Shown here: positions 1-13,452 of the stretch, piece by piece | How the letters are laid out: each line of letters opens with the position of its first letter | How positions within the stretch are numbered: position 1 is the first letter of the stretch | DNA from: Cyanophora paradoxa CCMP329 | Lineage: Eukaryota > Plantae > Glaucophyta | Length of the DNA: 64,000 nt | Assembly (NCBI GenBank): GCA_004431415.1 | Contig: QPMI01000005.1 | Location: forward strand, 1,116,001 to 1,180,000 | Reading direction: 5' to 3' | Notes under the pieces: model-generated | What the model saw: only the letters and a program-made list of their open reading frames with translations | Database searches by the model: none | What the model was told of the DNA's origin: nothing | Made by a program: the position numbers and the translations under genes

Positions 1-3000
1 GCTACTAGACATAGCTGAGCCGCTACAGCTACAGCTAAGCATGTTTAGATTCTAGATTAGATGTGCACCTGGGAGGCGACGAGTTTTAGATTTTACTAGC
101 ATAGCATAGCATTTTTAGATTCTAGATTCGATGAATACCTAGATTTCTTCTAGATACCGCTACCGTTCTTTGGATTTTACTAGCATAGCATATTCACATA
201 GCATACTTTACTAGATTTAATAGCTAAGCATGTTTAGATTCTAGATTAGATATATATGCACCTGGGAGGCGACGAAGTCCCGCAGCGCGCGGGGCGCCCG
301 CGCCGCTTTGAGCGTGTCGCAGATCAGCGCCTCCACGTCGTCCTAACATATTAAAGCAAAAAGGAGTTAGAGGGCGCCGAAAAGTAGGATAGATTCTATT
401 ACGAAAGCGCGCCTCGGAGAGTGCGCCGAGGGTGAGGCGGTGGCAGGCGGCGCGGCCGCGGCCCTCGAGCAGGTCGGCCATGGCGGCGGCCGCGGGGGAG
501 CCCGGGGCCGGTGGGCGCCACGCCGCCAGCAGCGCCACGTTTCTGGGCGGGGGCGAGGGTTCGGGATCGACCGATTTTCGGGATCGATCGATCGATTTTC
601 GGGATCGAACGATTGATTTTCGGGATCGATCGAAGGCGGACCTGAGCGGGGGCGAGGAAGAGGCGCGGAGGTGCCTCGCCAGGGCCCCCAGCGTCGCCCA
701 GCTCCTACGGCAAGCGCGCGTAAGAAGGAACGAAAGGAAGCTTCAAATCGAATTAAAACGAAAGGAGAGTGGATCGATCGATTTTCGGGATCGATCGATT
801 TTCGGGATCGATCGATCGTTCGGGATCGATCGATCGTTCGGGATCGAACGCACTGGCTGTCGGCGAGGTGGAGGTCGTCAAGGACAATGAGGAGGTGCCT
901 GCTCGCGCGCACGCACGCACGCACGCCCCGCCCAGTAAGCAAACGAACAAACAACAGATCGAAGATCTAGTCTAGAATTTAGAATCAAGATTTGTCTGTG
1001 TCCAACAGCCTCAAGGGAAAGGGCGCGCGCGCTCGAGCTCGCCTGCCGGAGGCGGCGAGGCCGGAGACGAGGGCGACGATGAGGCCCCTCAGCATCCCCG
1101 GGATGTCCAGCGCCGCCTCTGCGAACGAAGCGAAGGCGAAGTTAGATGGAAGTAAAGTTAAACGCTCGCAACTGAAGCCTAAGAGGAAGCTAGATGTAAA
1201 GTGAGCTTTACCCTTAAAGAAGCTTAGAGAACGTTAAGCTAAGGTGAAGACGAAGGAGGTGAAGTTAGATGCAAGCGATGCTGAAAGAGCTCGAAGCTCG
1301 AAGGAGCAAAGCTAGAAGCTTGAAGCTAAGCTATATGTCCAGTGCCACCTCTGCAAGAGAAACGCCCAGAGAAGCGCAGGAGCGCACAGGGGCCCTGGGC
1401 GTGGCCATGGGCCGCTGGAAGGCTTAAAGGGCTTAAAGGCTAAAGGGCTTAAGAGAGCTAAAAGAAGCTTTGTTGAGGGTTTTCTAAAAAGGCTTTCATT
1501 GAAGAAAAGGAGCGCACCGGGGCCGTGGGCGTGGGCCGCGTCCGCGCCCTGGAGGGCGGCGAGGAGCCCCCCGAAGCGGCTCTTCTTGGCCAGCGCGGCG
1601 AACGTCCGCCCCTTGAGCATCCCGGAGCCCCCCAGCTGGCCCAGCAAGGCGCCCCACCCTCCTCCGCCCACGCTCGGCCGCGGCGCTGGCGCCGCTGCTG
1701 CCTCGTCCCCGACGCCGTTGCCGTTGCCGTTGCCGGCCGCCATGGCCAGCGCTTTGCTGTTCAATGTGGCGAGGCCTCCGCCGCCGCCGCCGTTGCCGCT
1801 GCCGTTCAAGGGCGCGGGGGAGCCAGCGGACGACCCGGATCCGGAGAGGGCCCGCCCCTCGAGGGCGAGGGGCGCGATGCGGCTGCGGAGCGCGGCCCAT
1901 CCCTTCTTGCCGCCGGTTGGGCCTAGGCCCTTGGCGGCGCCCGGGCCCGCGCTCGCGTCAGGCGCCGTGGAAGGGGTCGGAGCCGGCGAGGCGGGGGCGG
2001 GGGCGGGCGGGGCGGGGCGGCGGAGGGTGCGGGGGCGGCGGCGGCCGCCGCCGGCGGCGGCGGCTGCACCGCGAGGCGGGGGAGGGAGATCTGGACCTCG
2101 CGGCGAGGACCGGGGGCAGAGGCGAAGCTGCCCTCGGCGGCGGGGCCGCGGGATCGGCGGCGGCGTCGTCGGCGGCGGCGGCGGCGGGCGGCTGCGGGCG
2201 GTCCATGTCGGACAACAGCAGGCGGACCGACCGCCAGCTCCTCGAGCCGCCGGACTCCTCCTTCCCCTCCGCCCCCGCCGCTTTCTTCTGCGTCGATTAT
2301 AATTAGAAGATGCTATAGAAGAGCGAGAAGGAGAAGATGAAAAACAGGCTATATAGAAGAGGCTATTATAATTAAAAGGAGAAGATGAAGGCTCTGCGGT
2401 ACCTCCTTTGTGGCTGCTTCTTTAACGAGCTGCGTGAACCTGCGGGCGGGCGGGCGGGGGCGGGCGGGCGGGCGGGCACGGACACTCAGAGAGCGCGACA
2501 AACGAACCGCACCGAAGCTGGGAGCGCGCGCACCGCATCCCCTTGCGCCGGGGCGCGCTGCCCGAGTTCTGCCCTCCGGCGCCGCCCGACCCCGACCGCG
2601 GGGACTGCGTGAAGGACTGTATGTTGGAGTACCACGTGCGCGCCGTCCGCGCCGTCCTCGCCGTCGCGAGCGCCATGTCGTATCGGCTCTTCGCCGCGCG
2701 GCTCTTCTCGGCGGCGGCACCGACGGCGGCGCCGCCGTCCCCGCCCGAGATCTGCATCGCCTTGACGAGGTGCTTCAGGTTCGCGGCGTCCGCAGGCGAG
2801 AGCACCGCCGCCATCTGCCGCGCGCGCGCCGCGTCAATCTCAACTAAACAAACAAATCAAATCAAGTTAAGAAGCTGAAGCAGCAGAAGCTAAGCTAAAT
2901 ATATAATGGAAAACATCGTCCACCATAAGAAACACTGAAAGAGGGAAAGAAAGGTAGAGTTAGAGGCTAGGTGCCCAGCACGCGTGCCGAGGCTTGCTTG

Positions 3001-5547
3001 GACGCGGTGTTCTTATCAACTCTAGACCTTGTAACCTAACAACAAACAAATGGAAAAGCTTAGGCTGACCTCGGCCTGGCCGCCCGGGAAGAGGGCCTTG
3101 AGGACGGCCCGCCAGACGTAGAGCGGCTGCCGGGCGCGGCTCTCCAGCCCCGCCGCCGAGGCGACGGCGAGGCCGAGGCCCGCCGCCTCCCGCCGCGCCG
3201 CCTCCAGCAGCGTCGACTTGCCTGCGCCCGCGTGTTATAATTAGCTCTTGAGCTCTCTTTCTCGAGCCCTGTTAACAAACAACCCATACATATATAGAGC
3301 TAGTTCAGAACCCAATAGCTAGCCCGGCCTGCGCCCGCGCGCGCGTGCGCCCCATAAGCAGCAGATTATCAAATACATAATCTGCTAAGTACGCGTGTGT
3401 GCGTTGGCTACCTTGAGAGCCCATTAACGCCGGTCTATTTTTATGTATATATCTACCACGCGCCCCTTCCCTTCCCTTTGCGGCGCGCACCCGAGCCGGC
3501 CGCTCCGTCCACGACGAGGAGCGGGCACGAGGCGGAGGGGAGGTCGCCCTCGCTGCTTCCCCCGCCCCCGCCGCCGGCGTCCGCAGCCGCCTGCACCAGC
3601 TCCCGCACCTGGTGGTCCGCGTCTGTCAGATCCTGTTCTTTTTCTATTGTTCTATGATTCTATGATTCTATTAGCCGCGGCCTCCTATGATATAATAATT
3701 CCTATCTGCCGCTCTAGATCTCCGGGAGGGCTGGCTAGGGGCCTAGCCTAGGGGACACCGCCCGCTTCGGCGGGCGCGCCTAGCGCTCCCCGCCCCACTC
3801 ACTGCCCTCTCATCTTAGATCTAGAACCTCCGCCGCCGCCGCCTGGACGGGCCCGCGCACCCGGCGGGCCTCCTCCGACCTCCCCACCAGCCTGTGCACC
3901 CGGGACGTCCGCTGCTTGCACTCGTGATTGAGCGTCGATTCGATCCCGAGCAGGCGGCGTGGGGCAGCTATTTATAGCACGCACCGCGCCGCCCGCCGCC
4001 GCTGGATCCGACACCGACACCGTCCGCTCGGACCCCTGCTTGGGCCGGTACACAGGCATCTGGAAGCGGAGCGTGAGAACGGAACCGAGCGGAGAGCGCC
4101 GATGTTCGGGAATCAGAAAGTGGGATGAAGCGAAATGAAGTGGGATGTTTGGGAATCGTATCTATGGGCCGCGGCCATGGCCGCCCAAGTACCGTCCATA
4201 TTATAGAAATCACAGGAAATCATATATACAAGGCCGCGGATCGGACCTTGCCGTCCATGCTCTAAGGCGTACTCATAATGTTAAGGAATCATAATACGTT
4301 AAGGAATCATAAACAATAGATGCCGTAAGGATGGTAAGGAATCATATCATAATAAACGCCTTAATAGAACAATAAGGCCGCGGATCGGACCTTGCCGTCC
4401 ATGCCCTTGAATGCGTACTCGCCGACGTACTCCATCGGGACGCGCCCGTGCGCCGCCTCGTACGTGCGGGGATCCACCTGCACAGAGAGAGAGAGAAAGA
4501 AGAAATATTAAACGACGTATAGGATGTATAAGCAGGGGGGCGGGCGGGGAGGGGAGAGGAAGGGGGGGGGAGTACCCAGACGTCCCCCTTGGACTTGGCC
4601 ATCAGCCGCGCCGCCTGGCCGGCCGGGGCTCAGACAAAAAAGAGACAAAGGGGAGGTGGGAAGGGGGGCACCTTGTTGACGGTGGTGCCGAAGACGGAGA
4701 AGGAGGCGCGGGCGGCGCAGCCGACGAAGGTGCAGAAGACCAGGCCCGTCGTGATCCTGCGCGGCGGAGCTTAAGCCTAAGCTGGTCTTAATGCGTAGCT
4801 CGCAGACTCGCAGACTAGCGATCCTGTGGCCCGGGGTGGCCTTAGGCCAAGGGCGGGGGCGGGGCGGGGCGGCCTTAATGTTTTATGGTATCGAAATGAC
4901 CGACTAGCAACTATCGAATGAATGACCGACGAACAGCGAGAAAAGCTAAGCAGCGGCAGCGCACCCGACGTGCGTGCGTACGCCCATGTCCTTCATCGCC
5001 GTCCGCACGTCCATGCCTGCGTCGCCCCACCCTCGGGTGAGCGGGGCGCGGCGCGAGCGCGAGGCGTTGGCCGGGGTGTTGGCCCCTTGGTCTAAATTCA
5101 TCTAGCCGCTCTCGATCTCTTCTAAGCTCTAGTCGCTCTCGCGTCTTTAAGAGTCCTGTTCTCGCGGGGCCCGGGGCGGGGCGGGGCGGGGCGGGAGGGG
5201 GCGGACCGCAGGCAACGGCGCGGACGGGGTCGTCGGCGTGGGCGACAGGCCAGAGCCCGAAGACCCCGATGAACACCAGGCCCTGCGAGAAGGGCGGGGC
5301 GGGCGCGGGCGGGCGCGGGTGAGCAACGATGGATTGCTGCTTCTCGAGCCTAAGGCCTAGGCGGGCCCCCAGGGGGCGAGGCGGGGCGGGGCGGGGCGGG
5401 GCGGGGCGGGCGTGCCTTGTCGTCGCGGACGAGCTGGTGGAGGGATCCCTCGTGCCCGTACAGCGCCGCCTGCGCCCGCCGCGCAGGCCGCCGGCGCGTC
5501 AGCGGCGGACGGAGCGGCGCGGCGCGGGTAGAAGGTAACAGCTAAAG

Positions 5548-5588
<41 letters not shown>

Positions 5589-8500
5589 TGGAGCTTCGTC
5601 TCTAGCGGGTAAAGCGGGCGGGGGCGAGCTAGGGGCCGGGGGCAGAGAGGGACCTGGAGGGCGTGGGGGGCGCGCTGGACGGACTCTAATGAATTGGCGA
5701 ATAAAAGCTCTAGATCTTCTGAATCGGGCTCAAACCCGAAGCTTGAGATTGTCAGGACGGAAGGCCCCAGCTCAGCTCAAAGGCCCCATCACAGCTTAAA
5801 GCTTCAAAAAGCTAAGGGCGTGGGGCGGGGGCGATCGGGTTCTGGAGGGGAGCGAGTTCGGTTCTAGCTGGCTCGAAGCTCGGTTCGAAAACAACAGCTT
5901 CTTGAGCAGGCGGGCGGGGGCGGGGCCCCGGGCACCTGGAGGGCGCGGGCGGCGCGCTGGACGGCCTCGGGCGTCGCCCCCATCCCCTCCAGCGACACGA
6001 ACTGCGCGCGCCGCCGGGAGTCAGACAGTTGGACGAATTCGAAGAGTGCGTTAGTTAGCTGCCCCGCTCCCGCAGGTACTTAGTTAGTTAGTTAGAAGAG
6101 TGCTGGGTACTCAGGCACGCCCCGCTCCTTCTAAAACGTCTTCTCTTCCGGGGCGGGGCGGAGGATCAGAGCGGCGAGGACCGTCAGTTCCAGGCCTAGG
6201 CTAGGCCCCATCATCGCTTCTCCTTCTTCTAAGCTTCTTCTAAGCCTGCCAGCTTAAGCAGCTTAAGCTTCTCCGCCCCGGCCCCGCGCACCATGACGGA
6301 GACGACGCGGAACTCGGAGAGGAGCTTCGTGGGGTCGAAGGGGCCCCCGCCCGCCCACGCCGCCATGTCCCGCAGCCGCGCCCGCACCGTGTTCGGCCTG
6401 CCCCGCCGCGTTAGAGGGAGAAGTGAGCGATATTGTGGGTTTTAGTAAGAAGCTGGGTTGAAGCTACATGAATCAAGGAGTCAGCCTGCTAGGAACACAA
6501 TTAAGGAGCTAGATTGGAGCTCGTTCGGCCTGCCGTGCCGCCCGCCGCCGCCGCCGGAAAATCACACGAGAGAGCGAAGGGGAATCGTGCGCAATCTTAG
6601 GGGAGAAGGAGGGGTCGCCCTCAAGCTTATTATTGCCTTAGGCTTCTTAGGAGCCAAAGGAGGGCTTGTAGGAGAGCTTGGGGAAGCTGGAGCTACAGCT
6701 CGGGGGAAGGGGGGGGGGAAGGGGGAGGGGGGTACGCTGCGTACACGTAGAGGGCGACGGCCTCCTCCTCCTCGGGGGTCAGCTCCGCCCCCAGCGGGTC
6801 CGGCGCTGCGCCGTCAGTCAGGGGGACCGGGCCCGACTCGGCGACCCCGCGGCCCGGCGGGAGGGGGGATCGAACTCAAGGCGCGCGCGAGGGGCTCGGA
6901 GACCCCTGGGCCGAGTCTAGGAGGTGAGCTGGTCTTAGAGGTCTCTAATGAGCTTTTGAGAGCTAAACAAGAGCTTTTATTAACAAGATCTTTTATTAAC
7001 AAGAGAGGGCTCTGATAAGCCAATACGAGCTCAAAAGAAGGGGCCGCACCGGCGTAGGAGGGCCAGAGGGCGTGGGCCAGCTCCCCGAGGCGCGCCTTCG
7101 CGAAGGGCCGCGCCACCACGTGCGCCTGCGAACGAAGAGGCGTCGAAAGACGTGGGCGGCAGGATAGCTGGCTAGCTAGCGCCAGGTCTAGCTGGAGCCG
7201 CGGTACGTTGACCGTGGCTTACATGTACAGCGCGGGAGGGTGTCAGTGGGAGGGCAAGGGCGAGCTCGGTAGGCGATAGGATAGCTGGCTAGCTAGCGTC
7301 ATATCCTTTTGCTACGGTTTAAGGCTAGATATAGATAGCTGCTTTGCTTTGCGTCATAGATAGCTGGTAGGCTAGCTAGCATATCTATCCGTATCTTACA
7401 GCGCGGGATCCTTTCGACAGCAGGCGAGCCGCTGCCGATTCTTAAGGGACGGGTGATCACCTCTCGAGAGTTAAGAGTTAGGCATCTAGTAACTTAGTTA
7501 CCTTGTAACTTAAGTTAGTTAGGTAGTTAAGTTAGCTAAGGAGGGAATTGGTTATATTACCTCTCGAGATTCGTCCGCGGAGGAGAGGCCAGAGAGGTTG
7601 CCCAGGCCCCCGCCGCCGCTGCGGGCCGACCCGCCACCGCCGCCGCCGCCGTTCGGGTGGCCATGGTGCGGCCCCGGCGCCAGGAAGCCCAGCATGCCGC
7701 CGGCGCCGCCGCCGCCGCCGCCGGCCGCGCCCGGCGTCAGGCTGCCGTTGTGCTCCGCGGACGAGTTCGAGATCTGCGCTCGGCATCCGAGGGATCAATC
7801 AATAAATACCGCTTCAACCCCAGCGGAAGGTGTAAGCGAAAGGTGCGAAGGACGAATCGCGCTTACGTTCGAGACCATCGAGTCGCTGCGGTGCGCGGCG
7901 CGCCGGTTCCGGAGCGAGGTTCCCTTGGGCGGGGGCGGGGGCATCCATCGCAGCGCCGAAGCGCACACCGCCACCTCGCCCCTGACGGACGGATCAGATG
8001 AGATCAGATCTGATCTGATCTGATGGAAAGAGAGGGGGGGGGGGCGAGGCGGACGGCTTGATGGCCCCCAGCGCGTCTGCGGGCGGCACGAAAGCGCGTG
8101 ACTCCGAAGAAAAAGAAGAGAAGGGGGATTGGAGAGCGCGAGGGGTACAGGAGACGCGCACCGCCGGCCTCCTCGATGCCCGGCCCCGCGATGAACTGCG
8201 ACATGCGCCTGCGAACGAAGTGAGCGTCGGCCTATATATATCGAAACCCTGCTATGAAAATGGCTCTAGAGGGCGGACCCGGGTACGGGGTTTCCGTCCT
8301 CGTCGACGAGCGCGCAGTCGGAGCCCTCCTCGGAGCTGTTCGAGGCGCCCCCGACGCCCACGAAGTACTCGCTGAACTCCCCGGCTGCGAACGAAGGGCG
8401 AGGCGGGGGGGAGGGGGGGGTTGGAGTGAGGCATGCGGGCGGGGGGAAGAGGGAGGAGAGGGGATAAAAGGCGGGGGGGGGGGGGGGGGGGGGTAATCGA

Positions 8501-10361
8501 GGATCTGGATCCCAGATCCGGAGGGGACGAGGCGGGGGGGGGTGTAGTGGATTGGAGGGGGGGTAGTCCCTGTCTCGCGCCCGCTCACCGGCGATCGCGA
8601 CGCGAAGCTTCATGTCCTTGCCTGCGAAAGAAGGGACGCCGTTTGGCGAACGAAGGGAAGCGGGTACAAGGGGGTAAAAGGAGAGGCACGCGTACCCATG
8701 CCGACGCAGGCCTCGGAGAAAACCTCCTGGACCTGACCGGGGGGCGTAAGGAAGGGGGGGGGGGGATGGATTCGAGAGGGGGTGGGGGAGGGGGGTACGC
8801 CGCCGATCGCGAACCTGCAGGGCGCACTGGGCGGCGCGGGCGGCGAGGGAACCCATCCGCCACCGGAGGGGCGGCCGGCCCTCCCGGGGCGTGGACTCCT
8901 GCACTGTACCCAGCTCCGGGATGTCGGGGGGCGGCTCTGGGGCGTTCTGGCTGCTGCTCCTCCGCCCGCCCCCGAGGAACGAAAGGCCGCGGGGCATCAG
9001 CGCCCGCCCGCTCTGACTCGAGCCGAGGCGGGATCGCTGGGAGCCGTCGCCGGTACCCCCGCCCGCGCCCCCGTACAGCGGGTTGGACAGGCCCGCGGGA
9101 AACTCTTCCCCGGCCCGGTCCTCCTCGGGTTCCCCCTCCACCTCCTCGGCCGGCCAGAGCACGAGCAGGCCTGCGGGGGGTACGGCTCGGGCGGGCGCGG
9201 GGGGGGGGAAGAGGACGGCGGGGGTACCATCTCCGAGAAAGCAGAGGGCCTTCAGGGGGGCGGAGGGAAGTGAGCCCGGGGGTACAGTGCCAGGGGGAGG
9301 GGAAGGGGGGATACCTCGCCGCCGTATGCCTGTACCACCTCAATCTCTTTGCTGGGGTACCGGTGATCAGGAGGGCAGGGGGGAAGGGGGGAACGAGCCG
9401 CCGCGCATGGGGGTACGAACCTGAACGCGCCGTTGATGATGCTGGAAAATAAAGGGACGGGGGGGTCAATGCGGAGTGCAGCGGGGAGGGTACAGGGTTG
9501 AGCAAAGGGGAAGGGGGAAAGGAGAAGGGGGGGGGGGAAGCACCCGCAGAGCTCTGCGCAGGGCCGAGGGGGCGGAGCGGGTCAGCACAGGCCGCGCGCG
9601 GGAGACGCATAGCTAAGGATTAAGGATTCCCGGCTAAGCGCAGCTAGCTAAGGGCCGAATCCTTAGCTAAGGGCTAAGAAGGGCCCCCTACCTTCCTAGC
9701 TCAAGGGAGTCCTTAGCGAAGGGATCCTTAGCTAGCTAGCTATTAAGAGCCCTTAGCTAGGGATCAACTTCCCGGGGGCGCCGGGCCCGGCGGACCTTCC
9801 ATGAGGGCGTCGTTCGTGTGCGCTTTCTCGCAGAGCGCTGAGCGGCGGAGTGAGCGGCGGGCGGCGGCAGGGCGGGGCGGGCCGGGCCGGCCCGGGGCGC
9901 GCGAGCGGCGCGGAAGGGGCCGCACCGGAGAAGCCTGCACGCGCGAGCGGGCGGGCGGGCGGGCGGGCGCCCCGGGGCGTCAGAGAAGGCGAAAGAAGAC
10001 GGCGCGGGGAGCTCGGGGTCGGACCGGAAATGTCGAGGATCGCAATGACGCCCCAGGTGCGGCCGCGGGCCCCGCGCGAGCGCGAGCGCTGCTGGCGCCC
10101 CGCCTCGTTCCCCGAGGACCCCGACGTGGACGGGCGCGTGCCGTTCTCGGCCTGCCGCGCGGCCCGCCTCCGCTGCTTTAGTACGTGGTCGAGGACGCAT
10201 CTGCGGCGGGGCGCGCGCCCGCGGGGCGCCACGTCAGCTTCGTGCGGCGGCGCGGGCTTCGAGCGCCACGCCGGGCCGCACTTCGGGACGAGCCTCCGCG
10301 CCAGGGGCGCCTCCGCTAGCCTCGGAGGCGCCTCGTCTTGGCTTTCGGAGCCCGAGGCCAT
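1..10361 (-). CDS. Soluble adenylyl cyclase-like (ADCY10/sAC-type) protein: two class III cyclase domains plus a STAND P-loop ATPase; multi-exon, 3' end outside the window
   Basis: Spliced exons give C1 'GVIAILDISGFSALCEK...EELCGIINGAFSKEIEVVQAYGGEALCFLGDGLLVLWP...LRVAIAAGEFS' and C2 'LLSEFRVVSVMFVSL...YGHEGSLHQLVRDDKGLVFIGVFGLWPVAHADDPVRAVAC...ITTGLVFCTFVG...SFSVFGTTVNKAARLMAKS...GEYAFKG'. Walker A 'VVDGAAGSGKSTLL' is at ~3200-3520 and Walker B 'LLIVLDDLHLAD' at ~855-900. ATG at 10361. The last visible exon is ~262-343. Confidence 0.9.
560..847. repeat. Two intronic arrays of GATCGATCGATTTTCGG-type repeats flanking a small cyclase-gene exon
   Basis: Repeated (c)gggatcgatcgatcgattttc units at ~562-632 and ~770-847, either side of the exon at ~641-705. 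Confidence 0.85.
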
Positions 10362-11039
10362 GACCGGGCTGCCGCAGCTGGCCAGCGCCGCGGGCGGCTA
10401 CTTCTAGGATGTAGCCAGGAAGGTGGCCGCTGCCGAGCGAGCTTGGGAGAGCATCGGCACGTGAGAGTGAGGAACGCCCCGCGCCGAGCTCGGGTGCGCT
10501 CGAGGGCCGCGGCGGCGGCAGGCTGGGGTGTGGGGCGGGGGAGCTTGCGAGGTTGTCAACCTACCGGCCGACCTCTCTACCGGAGCGCCGCGCGCGCACG
10601 AAAGCTCAGAATGACTCCTACACCTTTCGCCAAGGGCTTCGCTGTGCACGGCAAAACTTCCCTATAGCTAGCTAGCTGCAACAGCCTGACAAACCTCCCC
10701 GCGCAGCGATGACAAAATTGGCGAGCTGCTCGGAGACCCTCCCTACCGGGTACTAGCCGCTGCGTGCTGCGTGCAGCGTGGAACGGTAATCGCTTCTTAA
10801 ATCGGTTCGCTCCTCGCCGCGAGTCCCGTACCCCCGCAGCTCCGTCCAGCTTGCTGGTTTGAGCTACGGCGAGCGTGAGAGCGCTGAAAGCGCATCAGCT
10901 TCAAGAGCCGTGTCTGCCGGCGGAAAGAAGTCGCTGCCCCTCCCCGGCAGTCAGTGCCAATCACCTGTCACCTGAAGCCGAGCTGCCGCGCCCTCATCGT
11001 CCACCTGCAGCCGCAGCCTCTGCAGAGGCACAGGCAGCG

Positions 11040-13452
11040 ATGGCCGAGCAACAGGACGCGTCGCTCATGAGCCTGCCGGGTGCCTGTCCTGTCATCTGCT
11101 CCGCTCCCGTTGCTCCGGCGTGCGAGCTGAGACGTGCATTGTATCACAGACGAGCTGATACTGTTGGTGATGAAGAAAGCGGCGGCCGTCAGCGGCACGA
11201 TGGCGGTCCTGCGCGGCCTCGCCTCGGCGCGCAGCCGCTTCCAGCAGCTCGCGTACGGGGAGTCCTCGAAGCTTTTTACGGAGCCCGTCTTCGTCGGCGG
11301 CCATACAAGAGCCCGCCCGGTGCGCCGATTGCCCGCGGGAGCGTTCGCATGCATGTGGAAGCGCTAGCCCGGCAGCCGCTGCGAGCCGCGAGCTAAAGCT
11401 GTCCGTTTTCGCAATTGAGTTACTCTTGCTGCAGGGAGTGGGCGCGGTGTCGGGCGGAACGAACGCCGGCACCAGCTCTGCAGCTGCAGCCGCGGCCGGC
11501 GATACGAGCATGGATGTCGGTGGCCATACGGGAGCCCGCCCGGTGCGCCGATTGCCCGCGTGAGCGTTCGCATGCATGTGGAAGCCGGGCACCGGCTGTG
11601 AGCCTCGAGCTAAAGCTGTTCGGACTCACAATAGTTCTCGCAATCGACTAACTTAAGCTGCAGGGAGTGGGCGCGGCGTCGGGCGGCACGAACGCCGGCA
11701 CCAGCTCTGCTTCAGCAGCTGGCGATACGATCCTGGACGTCGCGCGGCTCTGCTCAAAGTTCGGCAAGTGCGTCGAGCGGCTGCATCTCGGCAGCGTCGA
11801 CTTCGGCACCGGCTCCTCGGCTGGCGGCGAGGCCGGCGGCCTTCTCTACATCCTCCGCGCCTGCCCGAATCTTACGCACCTCTCCTTCGCCGGCGCCGCC
11901 GCTGCCGATAGCCCTTTGTGGGCCCTTGACACGCTCGAAGAGCTTCTCCCCGCCGGTTTCTCCCTGCCACGCCTCCGCCACCTCGACCTCTTCGGCCTCC
12001 TCGTACCCCTCCCCGCCCTCCGCGGCCTCCTCGGCGCCTGCGCGCCGTCCCTCGAGCGCCTCTTCCTGGGGTGAGCGCTGCGAGCCGCCGTCGCTTCCGC
12101 GCTCCCGCCCGAGCGCTCGGCAGGGGTACACGCGTGTGCCGGGGGGGTACGGCTCGTCGACAGCTAAACCCTCGAGGGCACCACCCCGAACCCCTCCTCA
12201 AGGCTCTCGACGGCCTCGAGTGCGTGTACCACCTCCAAAACAGCAAGCACTCGTTTCCGCTGGCGCCCCCTCGCGCCCCCTCTGACCAGTACCCCCTTTC
12301 CCTCCCCCCGCCTCGTCGCAGCTTTCCCTTGCTGGAGAGCCTGGACGTAACTGCCGCGGGCATTGACTTCAGTGGGCTGAGCCGCCTGCTCGGCCGCCTT
12401 CCGTCCCTCCGAGATCTCTACGCCGTGCGCCGCGCCGCGCCGCGCCGCGCCGCGCTCCGCGCTCCGCGCCGGGAGCCCAGATTTCGGCAGGTCCCGCCCG
12501 GCTACCTCTCGGGCATGCGCAGCGACAAGCTCGAGAGGCTCGCGGAAGACGCCCGCCGCCCCGGCCGTCTCATAATCTGCAGGAGCCTCGTGCGCGCCCC
12601 GCTGCTCTCGTGTGGCTGCCCCTCTGACCGCGGCGCAGCTCGAGATGCACGGCGCGTCGCTGCGGGAGCTCCGCCGGCATTTCGACGGGACGGCGTACCC
12701 CCGGCCCGAGGGCTCCCGCCTCGACGTGCCCCGCCTCGCCGTCCCCGCCTTCTTCGAGGGTCCGACGTGCCCCTCCCTCGTCCCTGCGCGTCATTCGCGA
12801 CTGATCGTCTCCCGCAGCGCTCTGCCTGGGGCGTGACTGGATCGGCCACGCGCGGCGCCTCGTGTCGGAGCTCGGCGTCTCGCCCCTCGCCCGCCTCGAC
12901 GAGGCATCGATGTTGATCTCGACCGGCCCCTGGGTACGCCTGCGCTCCGGGCGCCCTGCCCCGGTTGCTGGTGCTGACCGCTCTGCGGACAGGTGCCGCC
13001 ATTCTTTAAACTTCAACGATGGACGCTGCAGACATACCCAGTGCTGCGGGAGGGACCGACCGCTCTCCACCTTCTTCTCATCGGGCGGGCCCCCCTCAGA
13101 GAGGTGCGCCTTGCCTTGTCTTGCTCCTCCGCCGTCCTCCGCTGACCCGCGGAGCAGCTGATGGCGGAGTGGGGCCTGGCGCCCCTCGTGAACGTTCCGC
13201 TGCGCTCCGGCAGCCGCCGCACGCCCCTCCACCTCGCCGTCGACCGCGACCTGCAATCGGTCGAGGCTCTTCTCGATGCCGGCGCCGACCCGCTTCGCCA
13301 GGCCCGCCCCTCCCCCCCTCCTCTCCTCTTCTTCTCTCACCTTCTCTCCTTTGCAGGACGCGGTGGGCGCCACCCCGCTGCACGTCGCCTGCGCGCTCGG
13401 GCGGGCGGACGCGGCGCGGGCGCTGCTGGAGGCGGCGGCCCGCGGGGGGTAG
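11040..13452 (+). CDS. F-box / LRR / ankyrin-repeat protein, paralogue A (C-terminally truncated, possibly pseudogenising)
   Basis: F-box-like 'SLMSLP|DELILLVMKKA...LRGLASARSRFQQLAY', LRRs 'CPNLTHLSF', 'LPRLRHLDL', 'FPLLESLDV', and ankyrin motifs 'RRTPLHLAV...LLDAGAD', 'GATPLHVAC'. In-frame TAG at 13450-13452, where paralogues B and C continue. Decayed homology persists to ~13730. Confidence 0.75.

Noticed and set aside
560-847. Cyanobacterial HIP1 (GCGATCGC) relic
   Set aside because: The unit is GATCGATC within a local tandem array, not the dispersed octamer.
5549-5584. Long poly-G runs (also ~8472, ~49219, ~58493) as functional G-quadruplex elements
   Set aside because: They are mostly intronic homopolymers whose lengths are unreliable in assemblies. 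Nothing supports a function.
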